DNA from: an uncultured Flavobacteriales bacterium | GTDB lineage: Bacteria; Bacteroidota; Bacteroidia; Flavobacteriales_D; CAJJDF01 | DNA length: 64,000 nt | NCBI GenBank assembly: GCA_905182785.1 | Contig: CAJJDF010000016.1 | Coordinates: 35,274 to 99,273, forward strand | Direction of reading: 5' to 3' | Shown: positions 52,430-62,784 of the stretch, one piece after another | Numbering within the stretch: the stretch's first letter is position 1 | How the letters are laid out: the number at the start of each line of letters is the position of its first letter | Notes under the pieces: generated by a model | What the model saw: only the letters and a program-made list of their open reading frames with translations | The model's database searches: none | Told to the model about the DNA's origin: nothing | Program-made: the position numbers and the translations under genes

Positions 52430-52762
52430 ATGTATAAATTTCTTCCAAATTATGACGAGCATCCTTCTAAAAGTAACTATATGGTTTTTACTTTTAGAAA
52501 CTTTGAAATGGCAAACTATTTTGAAAACGAATTAATTGAAAGAGGAATTTTTTATGAATCCTCGGAAGATGAGACAAGAAGTGGATTTATTTATTTTTTT
52601 GGAGTAAAAAAATCAGATAAAGTAGAAGTATACCAACTAAACTTAATCACACATGGAAAATTCAGAAAACCATTTTTTGGGAATAAGTATTTAAGAATTA
52701 TATTAACTGCAATTTTGATCGGTTTAGTTACATTAGCAATAATAGGTTTTATTAAAAATTAA
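52430..52762 (+). CDS. Hypothetical membrane-anchored protein
   Basis: Tightly packed in operon; C-terminal TM. Confidence 0.65.
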   Translation: MYKFLPNYDEHPSKSNYMVFTFRNFEMANYFENELIERGIFYESSEDETRSGFIYFFGVKKSDKVEVYQLNLITHGKFRKPFFGNKYLRIILTAILIGLVTLAIIGFIKN

Positions 52763-52764
52763 AG

Positions 52765-53718
52765 ATGAGTAAGAAACTAAAATTAGTAGAAGTAACTTCT
52801 GAATTAGGTGCAGGAACAAGAGGTGCAAGTCTTGGTGTAGGAGCACTTAAAACAGCTTCATTTAATATAAATTCAACATTTTTCTCGATTTATCAATCTG
52901 TAGAAGTGAAAAATTACAATGAGTTTTTATTTACAGAAAACAAAACACCTTCTGCCATTAGAGTAGAATACGTAACCAAAGCTTTTAATGAAGTTTACAA
53001 TTCAATTAATGAAGTTTTTGAGGATAATGAATTTCCATTTGTACTGGCAGGAGATCACTCTACTGCAGCTGCAACTATAGCAAGTATTCATAATTCTCAT
53101 CTAGGAAAAAAACTTGGTGTTATTTGGGTAGATGCACACGCAGATTTACATTCTCCGTTTACTTCTCCAACAGGAAATATGCATGGTATGCCTTTGGCAA
53201 TAGCTTGTGGAATAAATAATTTATCTCAAAAGGTAAATGAAGTTTTACCAGAAGTAGAAGTTTACTGGAATAATTTGAAAGCGCTTGGTGAGAATAATTT
53301 AAGTACAGAAAATCTTGTTTTTATTGGAGTTCGAGACACCGAACTCCCAGAAGATTATTTAATTTCTGAGAAGGGAATAAAAAATTTTTTAGTAGAAGAA
53401 ATAAAAGAAAAAGGAGGTAAAGAAATTGCAAAACAAGCATTAAATATATTAGATGATTGTGATATTATTTACGTCTCATTTGACGTAGATAGCATGGATC
53501 CAACAGAAGTTTCACATGGTACAGGAACACCTGTAGATAATGGAATACCTTTAGAAACAGTTACTGAAATTTTGTTGCAGTTGGCAAATAGCTCAAAATT
53601 GGTTTGTTTCGAAACTGTAGAAGTAAATCCAACTTTAGATGAAAAGAAAAATAAGATGGCAGAAACAACTTTAGAAATTATTGAGAAAGTAGCGCAAGTT
53701 ATTTCTTCAAGAGGTTAA
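52765..53718 (+). CDS. rocF: Arginase
   Basis: GDHS, DAHAD, SPTGNMHGMP, SFDVDSMDP, EVNP. Confidence 0.93.
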   Translation: MSKKLKLVEVTSELGAGTRGASLGVGALKTASFNINSTFFSIYQSVEVKNYNEFLFTENKTPSAIRVEYVTKAFNEVYNSINEVFEDNEFPFVLAGDHSTAAATIASIHNSHLGKKLGVIWVDAHADLHSPFTSPTGNMHGMPLAIACGINNLSQKVNEVLPEVEVYWNNLKALGENNLSTENLVFIGVRDTELPEDYLISEKGIKNFLVEEIKEKGGKEIAKQALNILDDCDIIYVSFDVDSMDPTEVSHGTGTPVDNGIPLETVTEILLQLANSSKLVCFETVEVNPTLDEKKNKMAETTLEIIEKVAQVISSRG

Positions 53719-53766
53719 ACAACTTTTAATTAGTAAGAGTCGTATAAATAAAGATAAATAAGTACA

Positions 53767-54288
53767 ATGAAAGAATACAAGTTTAGAGTTTTAATTGATA
53801 CATTAGAAGAAGAAAATGCTTTTAGAGATATTGTAGTAGATAGTTCTTCAACATTTGAAGTACTTAATAATATGATAGTTCAGGCTTTCAAATTTAAAGG
53901 AGATCAAGTTGCTTCATTTTATTTGAGTAATGACGAATGGGACAAAGGACAAGAGATTGGACTGATGGATATGACAGGAGAAAGTGCTGATTTTCTTCAA
54001 ATGGGTGATACTTTGATAAGAGAAAAAGTAGAGGAATTAAATCAAAAATTACTTTACGTTTATGATTTCTTATCCATGTGGTGTTTCTTTATCGAATTGG
54101 TTGAAATAAATGACTTGTCTGCAGAGAAAAACTACCCATTGGTAGAGTTGGAGTTTGGAGTTGCTCCTCCAGAAGAATCTAAACAAATTATAATAGATGA
54201 TTCGCTAGATTTTGAAGAAGAAGGTGACTATGATGAGTTTGAAGATGAATTCAATAGTTTTGACAATATTGATAATTACGATATATAA
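53767..54288 (+). CDS. pRiA4b ORF-3-like protein
   Basis: RDI, ASFYLS, LYVYDFLSMW; acidic tail. Confidence 0.75.
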   Translation: MKEYKFRVLIDTLEEENAFRDIVVDSSSTFEVLNNMIVQAFKFKGDQVASFYLSNDEWDKGQEIGLMDMTGESADFLQMGDTLIREKVEELNQKLLYVYDFLSMWCFFIELVEINDLSAEKNYPLVELEFGVAPPEESKQIIIDDSLDFEEEGDYDEFEDEFNSFDNIDNYDI

Positions 54289-55961
54289 TGAAATTTAATT
54301 TACTAATTATATTATTTATAATAACAGGATTAAGTTATTCTCAAGCTCAAAATAGTGTGGAAGGGGAGCTAATAGTTATGCTTGAAAAATCAAGCTCTAT
54401 TGAAATTCTTTGTAATGAATTGAATAATAATTACTTAGGTTTTGATGTAAAAGTAAAAGAACAAATTTCTAGAAGAATAAATGTTTGGTTATTGAATTAC
54501 AATACCACAAATTACAGTTCAGCTCGTGCTCTCGAATTAGTAAAATCAAAGAATCAAATTACTTTATCCCAGTTTAATCACACCAATATTATTGCAAGGG
54601 GAGATACTTGTCCTTCTGATCCTCAATTCTTTCCACAACAGTGGAATATGAAAAATACGGGTCAAAATAGTGGAGTAGCTGGAGCTGATATTGATGCTTG
54701 TAATGCTTGGGGATTAACAACCAATACTGTTACAGCACATGGTGACACCATAGTAGTTGCAGTCATTGATGATGGGTTTTATTTACCGCATGATGACATT
54801 AATTTTTTTAGAAATTACAATGAAATTCCTAACAATGGAATAGACGATGATGGAAACGGTTATGTAGACGATACAGATGGCTGGAATACCTATTTGGATA
54901 CAAATAGAATAACTTATTCCAATCATGGAACAGGTGTTTCAGGAATCATAGGAGCAAAAGCAAACAATGGAATTGGAGTAGCAGGAGTGAACTGGGGAAT
55001 GAAAATTATGCCAATCCAGGGTTCTTCGGGACTAGAATCCACAGTATTAAAATCTTATGGATACGCCTTAGAAATGAGAGCTTTATACGATTTAACTAAC
55101 GGGGCAAAAGGAGCTTATGTTGTGGCAACTAATTCTAGTTTTGGAGTTGATAATGCAAATGCAGCTAGTTATCCACTTTGGTGTGCGTTTTATGATTCTT
55201 TGGGAAGTTATGGAATACTTAGCTGTGCAGCAGGACCCAATTCAAATACCAATGTAGATATTGATGGCGATATACCAACAACTTGTGTGAGTGATTTCTT
55301 GATTTCTGTAACTAGTACTACAAGAACAGATAATAAAGTAACAGGAGCAGGTTATGGACCAATTCACATTGACATTGGAGCACCAGGAAATGCTATAAGA
55401 TCTACCTTGTCAGGTAATTCATACGGTTCCCAATATGGAACTTCATTTGCTACACCTCATCTTACAGGTGCAGTTGCTTTTATGTATGCAGTTGCTTGTG
55501 GTGAATATTTAAATTTATATAAGTCAAATCCTGATTCTATAGCCTTAGAAATTAAGAGTGCAATTTTAACCTATTCAGATTCCAATGCGACTTTATTAGG
55601 CTTAACCTCTTCAGGTAAAAGATTAAATCTATACAAACCTGCATTACACATTATTTCTAATTTACCATGCGGTTTTGTTGGGATTGAAAAAGAAGAGGAG
55701 GATTTTTCTTCCATTTCACTTTATCCTAATCCTAATAACGGTTCTTTTAAAGTTGAATTAGATAATTTCACAAAGGGGAATTACAATTATTACATCATCA
55801 ATGTTACAGGTAAAATGATCGTAAACAATGAAATAGATTTAAATAACGAGAAAGAAGTTTTAGAAATAAATTCTTCAAAATTTGATAAAGGTGTCTATTT
55901 TTTATGTTTAAAGTCACCTTTTAATTTTAACAAAACTATTAAATTTGTAGTGAATAGATAA
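54288..55961 (+). CDS. S8 subtilisin-like peptidase with T9SS CTD
   Basis: VAVIDDG, HGTGVSG, GTSFATP catalytic triad; YPNP...GVYF CTD. Confidence 0.92.
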   Translation: MKFNLLIILFIITGLSYSQAQNSVEGELIVMLEKSSSIEILCNELNNNYLGFDVKVKEQISRRINVWLLNYNTTNYSSARALELVKSKNQITLSQFNHTNIIARGDTCPSDPQFFPQQWNMKNTGQNSGVAGADIDACNAWGLTTNTVTAHGDTIVVAVIDDGFYLPHDDINFFRNYNEIPNNGIDDDGNGYVDDTDGWNTYLDTNRITYSNHGTGVSGIIGAKANNGIGVAGVNWGMKIMPIQGSSGLESTVLKSYGYALEMRALYDLTNGAKGAYVVATNSSFGVDNANAASYPLWCAFYDSLGSYGILSCAAGPNSNTNVDIDGDIPTTCVSDFLISVTSTTRTDNKVTGAGYGPIHIDIGAPGNAIRSTLSGNSYGSQYGTSFATPHLTGAVAFMYAVACGEYLNLYKSNPDSIALEIKSAILTYSDSNATLLGLTSSGKRLNLYKPALHIISNLPCGFVGIEKEEEDFSSISLYPNPNNGSFKVELDNFTKGNYNYYIINVTGKMIVNNEIDLNNEKEVLEINSSKFDKGVYFLCLKSPFNFNKTIKFVVNR

Positions 55962-55963
55962 CT

Positions 55964-56352
55964 ATGATTAACAAGAAGAATAGAATATTAGCTTTAGTCT
56001 AATAGCTTTTTTCGCAGTAAATATAATACAGCCGTCCATTTTTTTTTGTCCATTGTAAAGTTAATCAAGAGTATATTGCCAAGAATTTTTGTTTAGAGAA
56101 ATACATTAAATAATCTTCTTGTGAGGGGAATTATCAGCTTAAAAAATCAATAAAAGTTATTTAAAAAGTAAACTCTAATCAAGAAGAGTTAAATTTCAAT
56201 ATGGAGTCACACATCATTTTATTATTGGCTTTAGTAAAGGAAAACTATAAGACCTCTTCTTAAGGAATCAAAATCATTTGCTGATTTAGAGATAAAAAAT
56301 CTATTATCTAAATTTTATTATATTCCTTGTTCTACCTCCCATTTTATTGTAA
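55964..56352 (+). pseudogene. Decayed Cys-rich small protein gene (N-terminal TM; NQEYIAKNFC...C.G..QLKK; C-terminal PP)
   Basis: Motifs readable across several frameshifts and in-frame stops. Confidence 0.65.
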
Positions 56353-56568
56353 TAAATTGAAGTACTACTGTTCTTGAGGTCAGTTGAATGTAAATTTACA
56401 ACTTGAAACAAAAAACCGAGTGCAAACCGTTATTTTTCATTTGTTTTAAAGGTTTATAAAGAAACTAGATAGACTCGTGAAAAATTCTTACCCTTTGATG
56501 AGATTTAAATAATAATTAGATAAAAAAGAATTAAATTAGTATCAATTATATTAAAAAAAAACAGAAAA

Positions 56569-57375
56569 ATGAAAAAGATAATAATAGTAATAAGTGTAAT
56601 AATTTTAATAGCATCTTGTAAAAAAGATGAAACAGTAACACCAGCTGTTGAACAACCAACACCCACAGTAAATTTCTTATTTCAACAAAACTATGACGGA
56701 GCCGCAGTAACTAGTGCAGATTTTGGAACAACAAAGTATACCAATGCAAAAGGAACAAACCATACCATTTCTAAGCTACAGTATTTAGTATCTAACATTA
56801 CATTGCATAAAACTAATGGGGAAGAAGTAGATTTAGGGGGTTATAATTTTGTTGATTTAGCAAATGCTGATTCAAGATCTTATACACCAACTGCAAAAGT
56901 ATCAGCAGGAACATATACAGGAGTTTCAATCACATTTGGATTTAACGAAAACGACAATACTTCTGGAGCTTACCCAGATTTGAATGCAGTATCTTGGTCT
57001 TGGCCTATGATGATTGGAGGAGGTTATCATTTTATGAAATTCGAAGGGATGTTTACTGATAAAACGGGTTCTCAAACAGGGTTTGCTTACCACAACGGAA
57101 CTGCTTCCAAAATTGTAAATGGAGGTAGATTCCATGAAGCAAATCATTTTAGACTAAGACTTTGGGATTTTTCTGGAGGATTTGTGATAGAACAAGGAAA
57201 TAACACAACCATTAATATAAAAATGAATATAGCAGAATGGTTCAAAAATCCTTTAGTTTGGAGTTTAGATGATTACCACGCTATGCTAATGCCAAATTAT
57301 ACAGCTCAAAAAATGATGAATCAAAACGGAAGAAGTGTTTTCTCATTTGGTGGTACTACGGTATCTGCAGAATAA
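56569..57375 (+). CDS. MbnP-family copper-binding lipoprotein
   Basis: Lipobox IASC, LQYLVSNI, WSW...GYHFMKFEG, YHNG; adjacent to a di-heme enzyme. Confidence 0.8.
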   Translation: MKKIIIVISVIILIASCKKDETVTPAVEQPTPTVNFLFQQNYDGAAVTSADFGTTKYTNAKGTNHTISKLQYLVSNITLHKTNGEEVDLGGYNFVDLANADSRSYTPTAKVSAGTYTGVSITFGFNENDNTSGAYPDLNAVSWSWPMMIGGGYHFMKFEGMFTDKTGSQTGFAYHNGTASKIVNGGRFHEANHFRLRLWDFSGGFVIEQGNNTTINIKMNIAEWFKNPLVWSLDDYHAMLMPNYTAQKMMNQNGRSVFSFGGTTVSAE

Positions 57376-57383
57376 TATAAAGA

Positions 57384-58505
57384 ATGAAAAAAATACAACT
57401 AATTATTGTAGTTTTTGCAATAGGAATATTCACTACATCCTGTCGAAAGTCGGGATGTACTAATCCTAATGCAATAAACTATGATTCCAATGCCAAAGTA
57501 GATGATGGCTCTTGTGTGTGCACTCCAGCTTCTGGACCAACACCATACCAGCTACAAATTCCTCAAACATTTAGTTTGTATTTGCCGGCTCCAATTATTC
57601 CGGTTTCAAACCCAATGACTGTGGAAGGAGTTGCTTTGGGAAAAAAGCTGTTTTTTGACAAACAATTGTCAGGAGATAATACACTTGCTTGTGCAGGTTG
57701 TCATTTTCCGACTCAAGCATTTGATGATACCAATAGATTTAGTATTGGGATTGATGGAATTAGAGGCGATAGAAATGCAATGCCAATTTTTAATCACGCT
57801 TGGAACACGGGAGAAAAATTCTTCTGGGATGGAAGAGCAAACACACTAGAAGTACAAGCTTTTGAACCAGTTTTGAATCCAATAGAAATGCATGATACTT
57901 GGCCAAACGTGGTCTCAAAACTTCAAGCAGATGAGAGTTATCCAGCTATGTATTTAGCTGCATTTAGTACTTCAACAATTGATTCTGTTTTGACTTCAAA
58001 AGCATTGGCACAATACGAAAGAACACTAATTTCGGGAAACTCAAGATTTGATAAATACCTATTGAGGCAAATTAACTTAACTTCCAGCGAATTAAATGGT
58101 TTTGGATTGTTTATGGATGAATCTGGGGCAGATTGTTTTCATTGTCATGGAGATGCCACAAACCCTCTTTGGACAGATAATTTATTCCACAACAATGGAT
58201 TGGATGCTTCTTTTACAGATAATGGTTTAGGAGATATTACAGGAAGCCCCTCGGATAACGGGAAATTCAAAACTCCTAGTTTAAGAAATTTGGCTTACAC
58301 AGCCCCATACATGCATGATGGAAGATTCAAGACTTTGGATGAAGTAATAGACCATTACAGTGATAGTTTGGTTTACTCATCTACCATTTCTCCTTTATTG
58401 AAACACATTCCAGCAGGAGGAGTGAATTTAACGATTCAAGAAAAAGGAGATTTAAAAGCTTTTTTATTGACTCTTACTGATTCTAGTTTTGTTACTGGGC
58501 ATTAA
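57384..58505 (+). CDS. MbnH/MauG-like di-heme cytochrome c peroxidase, lipoprotein
   Basis: CAGCH and CFHCH, FWDGRA, FKTPSLRN, PYMHDG. Confidence 0.9.
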   Translation: MKKIQLIIVVFAIGIFTTSCRKSGCTNPNAINYDSNAKVDDGSCVCTPASGPTPYQLQIPQTFSLYLPAPIIPVSNPMTVEGVALGKKLFFDKQLSGDNTLACAGCHFPTQAFDDTNRFSIGIDGIRGDRNAMPIFNHAWNTGEKFFWDGRANTLEVQAFEPVLNPIEMHDTWPNVVSKLQADESYPAMYLAAFSTSTIDSVLTSKALAQYERTLISGNSRFDKYLLRQINLTSSELNGFGLFMDESGADCFHCHGDATNPLWTDNLFHNNGLDASFTDNGLGDITGSPSDNGKFKTPSLRNLAYTAPYMHDGRFKTLDEVIDHYSDSLVYSSTISPLLKHIPAGGVNLTIQEKGDLKAFLLTLTDSSFVTGH

Positions 58506-58560
58506 TATTTAAATAAAATATATACTTGGTTGATTAATTTATTTTAACAGACTCTTTTTT

Positions 58561-58872
58561 TTATTTAGAAATAAATATCAATACCTTCTCAATATAGTAT
58601 TGATATCCCATAATCGCAGGAACATCATTGTGGTTTGCTCCGGAAATTCTATGATCTTCTTTGTAAGTTCCACCGTGTCTTTCATAAATAGCTTCTTCGT
58701 TTGTGATAGATAAATAATCATCATCATCCACTCCGTTTATCCACATCAAGGTCTGAGAAACAGATTTTATTTTTTCTACATGATCAAATACCAGACTAGT
58801 GAAAAAGGAAGGAGAAAAATCTAGGGCTTGTTCTCCTTTTTTAAGGGTTCTACAAATCTTGAGGAGGCACAA
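58561..58872 (-). pseudogene. 3' fragment of an alpha/beta hydrolase
   Basis: WINGVDDD (cf. hHGxxD) and GANHND motifs; nucleophile half missing. Confidence 0.55.
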
Positions 58873-58990
58873 GAACTTAGGATTATTGCTAAAGCATTAT
58901 AGACTATATGTTTTTTTGTTAAAATAATATAAAATATTCTTCGTTAAGAAGATAATTATGAGGAAACATTACTTAACCAAAACACAAAAT

Positions 58991-59788
58991 ATGAAAGTAA
59001 ATAAAACAATAGGTGTATTATTTTTATCAGCGTTTACAACAATAAGTTATTCTCAAGAGGTGAAGGCTCTAGTGAAAAAAGAGAGAAAAAACTCTATTGG
59101 TTTAGAGTTTAGAGTTGACGAAAATTTCCCAAATATTGGCTTTACTTATAGAAGGTTCTTTAAAGACTCAAAATATAATTTAAGATTGAATTTAAATTTG
59201 GCAAATTTTGATAGGTTTGGGGGTTCCGGTTTGCTATCTTCTCCTGCATTATTTGAAACAAATGACAGTACTAGACCAATAATGGGTATAGACAACTCTT
59301 ATGGTCAAAGTGGTTCTTCCCAAAAGATTGAAATTGGTTTAGAAAGAATTATTGATCTGCATAGGTTTAAATTCATTGTTGGTGCAGATTTATTTTTAGG
59401 ACATGATTTTCGTTCCAAAACTCAAAATATTGTAGAGATGGAAAAATATGAATTTACAGAAAACGGAAGTTCGTATTTTAAATATCAGTTAAGACAATCA
59501 GACTCGATTTTTAATGGTTCCTTTTTAGTTAATTCTTTAACTGTCAATAGAAATTACATGAAGCTGGGTGCTAATTTGAGGGTAGGAGTAAAGCACAAAT
59601 TTAGTTCAAGATTATATACTACTGCTTTTTTTGGTGCTAGAATTGAGCAATCTATGTTGGTCAGAGAATCAATTAATTATTCTAACGATTCTAACGATTC
59701 ATTCAAAGATAGATTAACTTATTCTAGTTCTATTAATATTTTAAATATTACTGGATTTTTATCAATTGGCCTTCATTACAGGTTTTAG
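58991..59788 (+). CDS. Putative outer-membrane beta-barrel protein
   Basis: Signal peptide, terminal GLHYRF barrel signature; alternative start at 58958. Confidence 0.65.
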   Translation: MKVNKTIGVLFLSAFTTISYSQEVKALVKKERKNSIGLEFRVDENFPNIGFTYRRFFKDSKYNLRLNLNLANFDRFGGSGLLSSPALFETNDSTRPIMGIDNSYGQSGSSQKIEIGLERIIDLHRFKFIVGADLFLGHDFRSKTQNIVEMEKYEFTENGSSYFKYQLRQSDSIFNGSFLVNSLTVNRNYMKLGANLRVGVKHKFSSRLYTTAFFGARIEQSMLVRESINYSNDSNDSFKDRLTYSSSINILNITGFLSIGLHYRF

Positions 59789-59882
59789 ATTATTGATAAT
59801 TTATATTACTTCGTAAAATACTAAATACTAAATCAAATTTGGAATGACAATCACTTGATAGTTTTTTTGTTTGTTACAATCT

Positions 59883-59924
59883 AAGGGCTGACGCTTTTTC
59901 TGAAAGAAAAATGTCTCGAAGCCC
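59883..59924 (+). repeat. Dispersed REP-like hairpin (GGGCT-GA...GA-AGCCC)
   Basis: 34/42 identical to the reverse complement of 14756-14797. Confidence 0.65.
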
Positions 59925-59986
59925 AATTTTGTAATGCAAATTTCAATATTAATCTTAAATTTGTTACTTAAACGTAAACGACAAGA

Positions 59987-62617
59987 ATGACCGCAAAGGA
60001 AATACGCCAACAGTACAAAGATTTTTTTGAATCTAAAGGACACAAAATAGTTCATTCTGCACCAATCGTAGTGAAGAATGATCCAACTTTGATGTTTAAT
60101 AATGCTGGGATGAATCAGTTCAAGGATTTGTTTTTAGGAAACAAAAAATCGGATGTAAAACGTATTGCCAATTCTCAAAAATGTTTGAGAGTATCTGGAA
60201 AACATAATGACTTGGAAGAAGTAGGTGTAGATACTTACCACCACACTATGTTTGAGATGCTTGGAAACTGGTCGTTTGGAGATTATTTCAAGAAGGAAGC
60301 AATAGAATGGGCTTGGGAATTATTGACAGAAGTCTACAAGCTGGATAAAGACAGATTATACGTAACAGTTTTTGAAGGAGATAAGGGAGATAAGTTAGGA
60401 TTGGATCAAGAAGCAAAAGACATTTGGAGTGGAATTGTAGAGGCTGATCAAATAATCTTAGCCGATAAAAAAGACAATTTCTGGGAAATGGGAGAAGTAG
60501 GACCCTGTGGACCTTGTTCTGAAATCCATGTAGATTTAAGAGACCAAGAAGAGATAGATAAAATAGGAGGTAAGGAATTGGTAAACAAAGATCATCCCCA
60601 AGTTGTGGAGATTTGGAACTTGGTTTTCATGCAGTACAACCGAATTAAAGACGGTTCGCTACACCCACTTTCTGCTCAACATATCGATACAGGTATGGGG
60701 TTTGAGAGATTGGTGATGGCAATGCAAGGAAAAAAATCGAATTACGATACAGATGTTTTTTCTCCCTTGATTAAGGAAATTGAAAAAATTTCTGCAAAGA
60801 AATACAAAGAAGGAGAAGGACATTCTGACGAGCAAACAAAAACTAATATTGCAATTCGTGTAATTGCTGATCATATTAGAACATTGGTATTTGCAATTGC
60901 AGATGGTCAATTACCATCCAATACTGGAGCTGGTTATGTAATCCGTAGAATCTTGAGAAGAGCAGTTCGTTACGGTTACCAAGTATTAGACTTGAAAGAA
61001 CCATTTTTTCATAAATTGGTGGATGTTTTGGCTAAAGAAATGGGAGATGCATTTCCAGAATTAGTTTCTCAAAAAGAACTGTGTACTAAAGTGATAAAAG
61101 AAGAAGAAATATCTTTTTATAGAACTTTAGAACAAGGAATAAGAAGAATGGATGATTTGATGAAAGCAAATGCTTCTACTAAGAAAATAGAAGGAAAAGA
61201 CGCTTTTGAATTGTACGATACATTTGGATTTCCGTTTGATTTAACTGCATTGATTGCAAGTGAAAATGGATATGAAGTAAGTGAAAAAGACTTTGAATCT
61301 AGTCTTCAGGAACAAAAAGACAGAAGTAAAAAAGCGAGTAAAGTAGACACTTCGGATTGGATTGTATTGAAAGAAGATGACAAAGAAGAGTTTATCGGTT
61401 ACGACACCATGGATACGAGTGTGTACATTACTCGTTACCGAAAAGTAAAAGCAAACAAAAAGGAATTTTACCAATTGGTATTTAATTTCACTCCATTCTA
61501 CGCAGAAGGAGGGGGACAAGTGGGTGATACAGGATTTATTGAATCCGAAAAAGAAAAAGTATTTATTACCAATACAAAAAAAGAAGATGGATTAATTCTT
61601 CATTATGCAGACAAATTACCAGAGTTTCCAACTCTTATGTTTCATGCAGTTGTTAACGCTAAAAAAAGAGCATTAACAGCAAATAATCATACAGCAACCC
61701 ATTTATTACACAAAGCATTGCAAGATGTATTGGGAAGTCATGTAGAACAAAAGGGTTCATTGGTAAATGAGAAATATTTGAGGTTTGATTTTTCTCATTT
61801 TAGTAAAGTAACAGACGAAGAATTAGTAGAAATTGAAACAAGAGTAAATACAGAGATCCGTAAAGATATTCACTTGAATGAATTACGAAATACTCCAATG
61901 AAGAAAGCTCAGGAATTGGGCGCAAAAGCATTGTTTGGTGAAAAATACGGAGATTTAGTACGTGTAATTCAGTTTGGAGATTCCATAGAATTATGTGGAG
62001 GAATTCACGTAGAATCTACAGGGAAAATTGGTTCGTTTAAATTGATATCTGAAAGCTCAACAGCAGCTGGAATAAGAAGAATTGAAGCAATTACTTCTGA
62101 AGCAGCAGATAAATTTGTGAATGATAAGCTTAGCTTAGTTTCGGAATTAAATCAGATTTTGAAATCACCTAAGGACTTGAAAAAAGCGGTGGAGGATTTA
62201 ATTGCTCTAAACAGTAAATTAGGAAAAGAGATTGAGAAGTTAAATGCAGCCAAAGCAGGAGATTTAAAAGCAGAATTAATAAAAGAGATAAAAGAGGTAA
62301 ACGGAGTTAATTTCTTGGCTAAGAAAGTAGATTTGGATGCTGGGGGAATTAAGAAAATTGCATTTCAACTGAAATCTGAGCTAGATAATTTGTTTTTGGT
62401 TCTTTGTAACGAGAACAATGGAAAAGCAAATATCACTATTTTGGTATCCGAAGAGTTATCTAAATCCAAAGATTTACACGCAGGGAATATTGTAAGAGTA
62501 CTTGCCAAAGAAATCAATGGAGGAGGAGGAGGACAACCTTTCTTTGCGTCAGCAGGAGGAAGTAATCCAGCAGGAATTCCTAAGGTTTTTGAATTGGCTA
62601 AGAAGTATATTGATTAA
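59987..62617 (+). CDS. alaS: Alanine--tRNA ligase
   Basis: NAGMNQFK, HHTMFEMLGNWSFGDYFK, HTATH, ELCGG, GGGGG. Confidence 0.98.
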   Translation: MTAKEIRQQYKDFFESKGHKIVHSAPIVVKNDPTLMFNNAGMNQFKDLFLGNKKSDVKRIANSQKCLRVSGKHNDLEEVGVDTYHHTMFEMLGNWSFGDYFKKEAIEWAWELLTEVYKLDKDRLYVTVFEGDKGDKLGLDQEAKDIWSGIVEADQIILADKKDNFWEMGEVGPCGPCSEIHVDLRDQEEIDKIGGKELVNKDHPQVVEIWNLVFMQYNRIKDGSLHPLSAQHIDTGMGFERLVMAMQGKKSNYDTDVFSPLIKEIEKISAKKYKEGEGHSDEQTKTNIAIRVIADHIRTLVFAIADGQLPSNTGAGYVIRRILRRAVRYGYQVLDLKEPFFHKLVDVLAKEMGDAFPELVSQKELCTKVIKEEEISFYRTLEQGIRRMDDLMKANASTKKIEGKDAFELYDTFGFPFDLTALIASENGYEVSEKDFESSLQEQKDRSKKASKVDTSDWIVLKEDDKEEFIGYDTMDTSVYITRYRKVKANKKEFYQLVFNFTPFYAEGGGQVGDTGFIESEKEKVFITNTKKEDGLILHYADKLPEFPTLMFHAVVNAKKRALTANNHTATHLLHKALQDVLGSHVEQKGSLVNEKYLRFDFSHFSKVTDEELVEIETRVNTEIRKDIHLNELRNTPMKKAQELGAKALFGEKYGDLVRVIQFGDSIELCGGIHVESTGKIGSFKLISESSTAAGIRRIEAITSEAADKFVNDKLSLVSELNQILKSPKDLKKAVEDLIALNSKLGKEIEKLNAAKAGDLKAELIKEIKEVNGVNFLAKKVDLDAGGIKKIAFQLKSELDNLFLVLCNENNGKANITILVSEELSKSKDLHAGNIVRVLAKEINGGGGGQPFFASAGGSNPAGIPKVFELAKKYID

Positions 62618-62784
62618 GAAATTTTTACAACATAAAATTCTGATTTAAGTTGATTTTTTTATTAATATAGTTGCCAGTATTTTTTTTATTAATCTTAGTG
62701 TAAAAAAATCGTATATTTATTTAATTTTTTGATTATTATCTTATAAGATTTAAGTTTTAGTCGATATTTATTTATTTTTTTACA

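Noticed and set aside
53767-54288. pRiA4b ORF-3 / IS1096 passenger-like gene as a sign of a mobile element
   Set aside because: No transposase or terminal repeats; the family is commonly chromosomal in Bacteroidota
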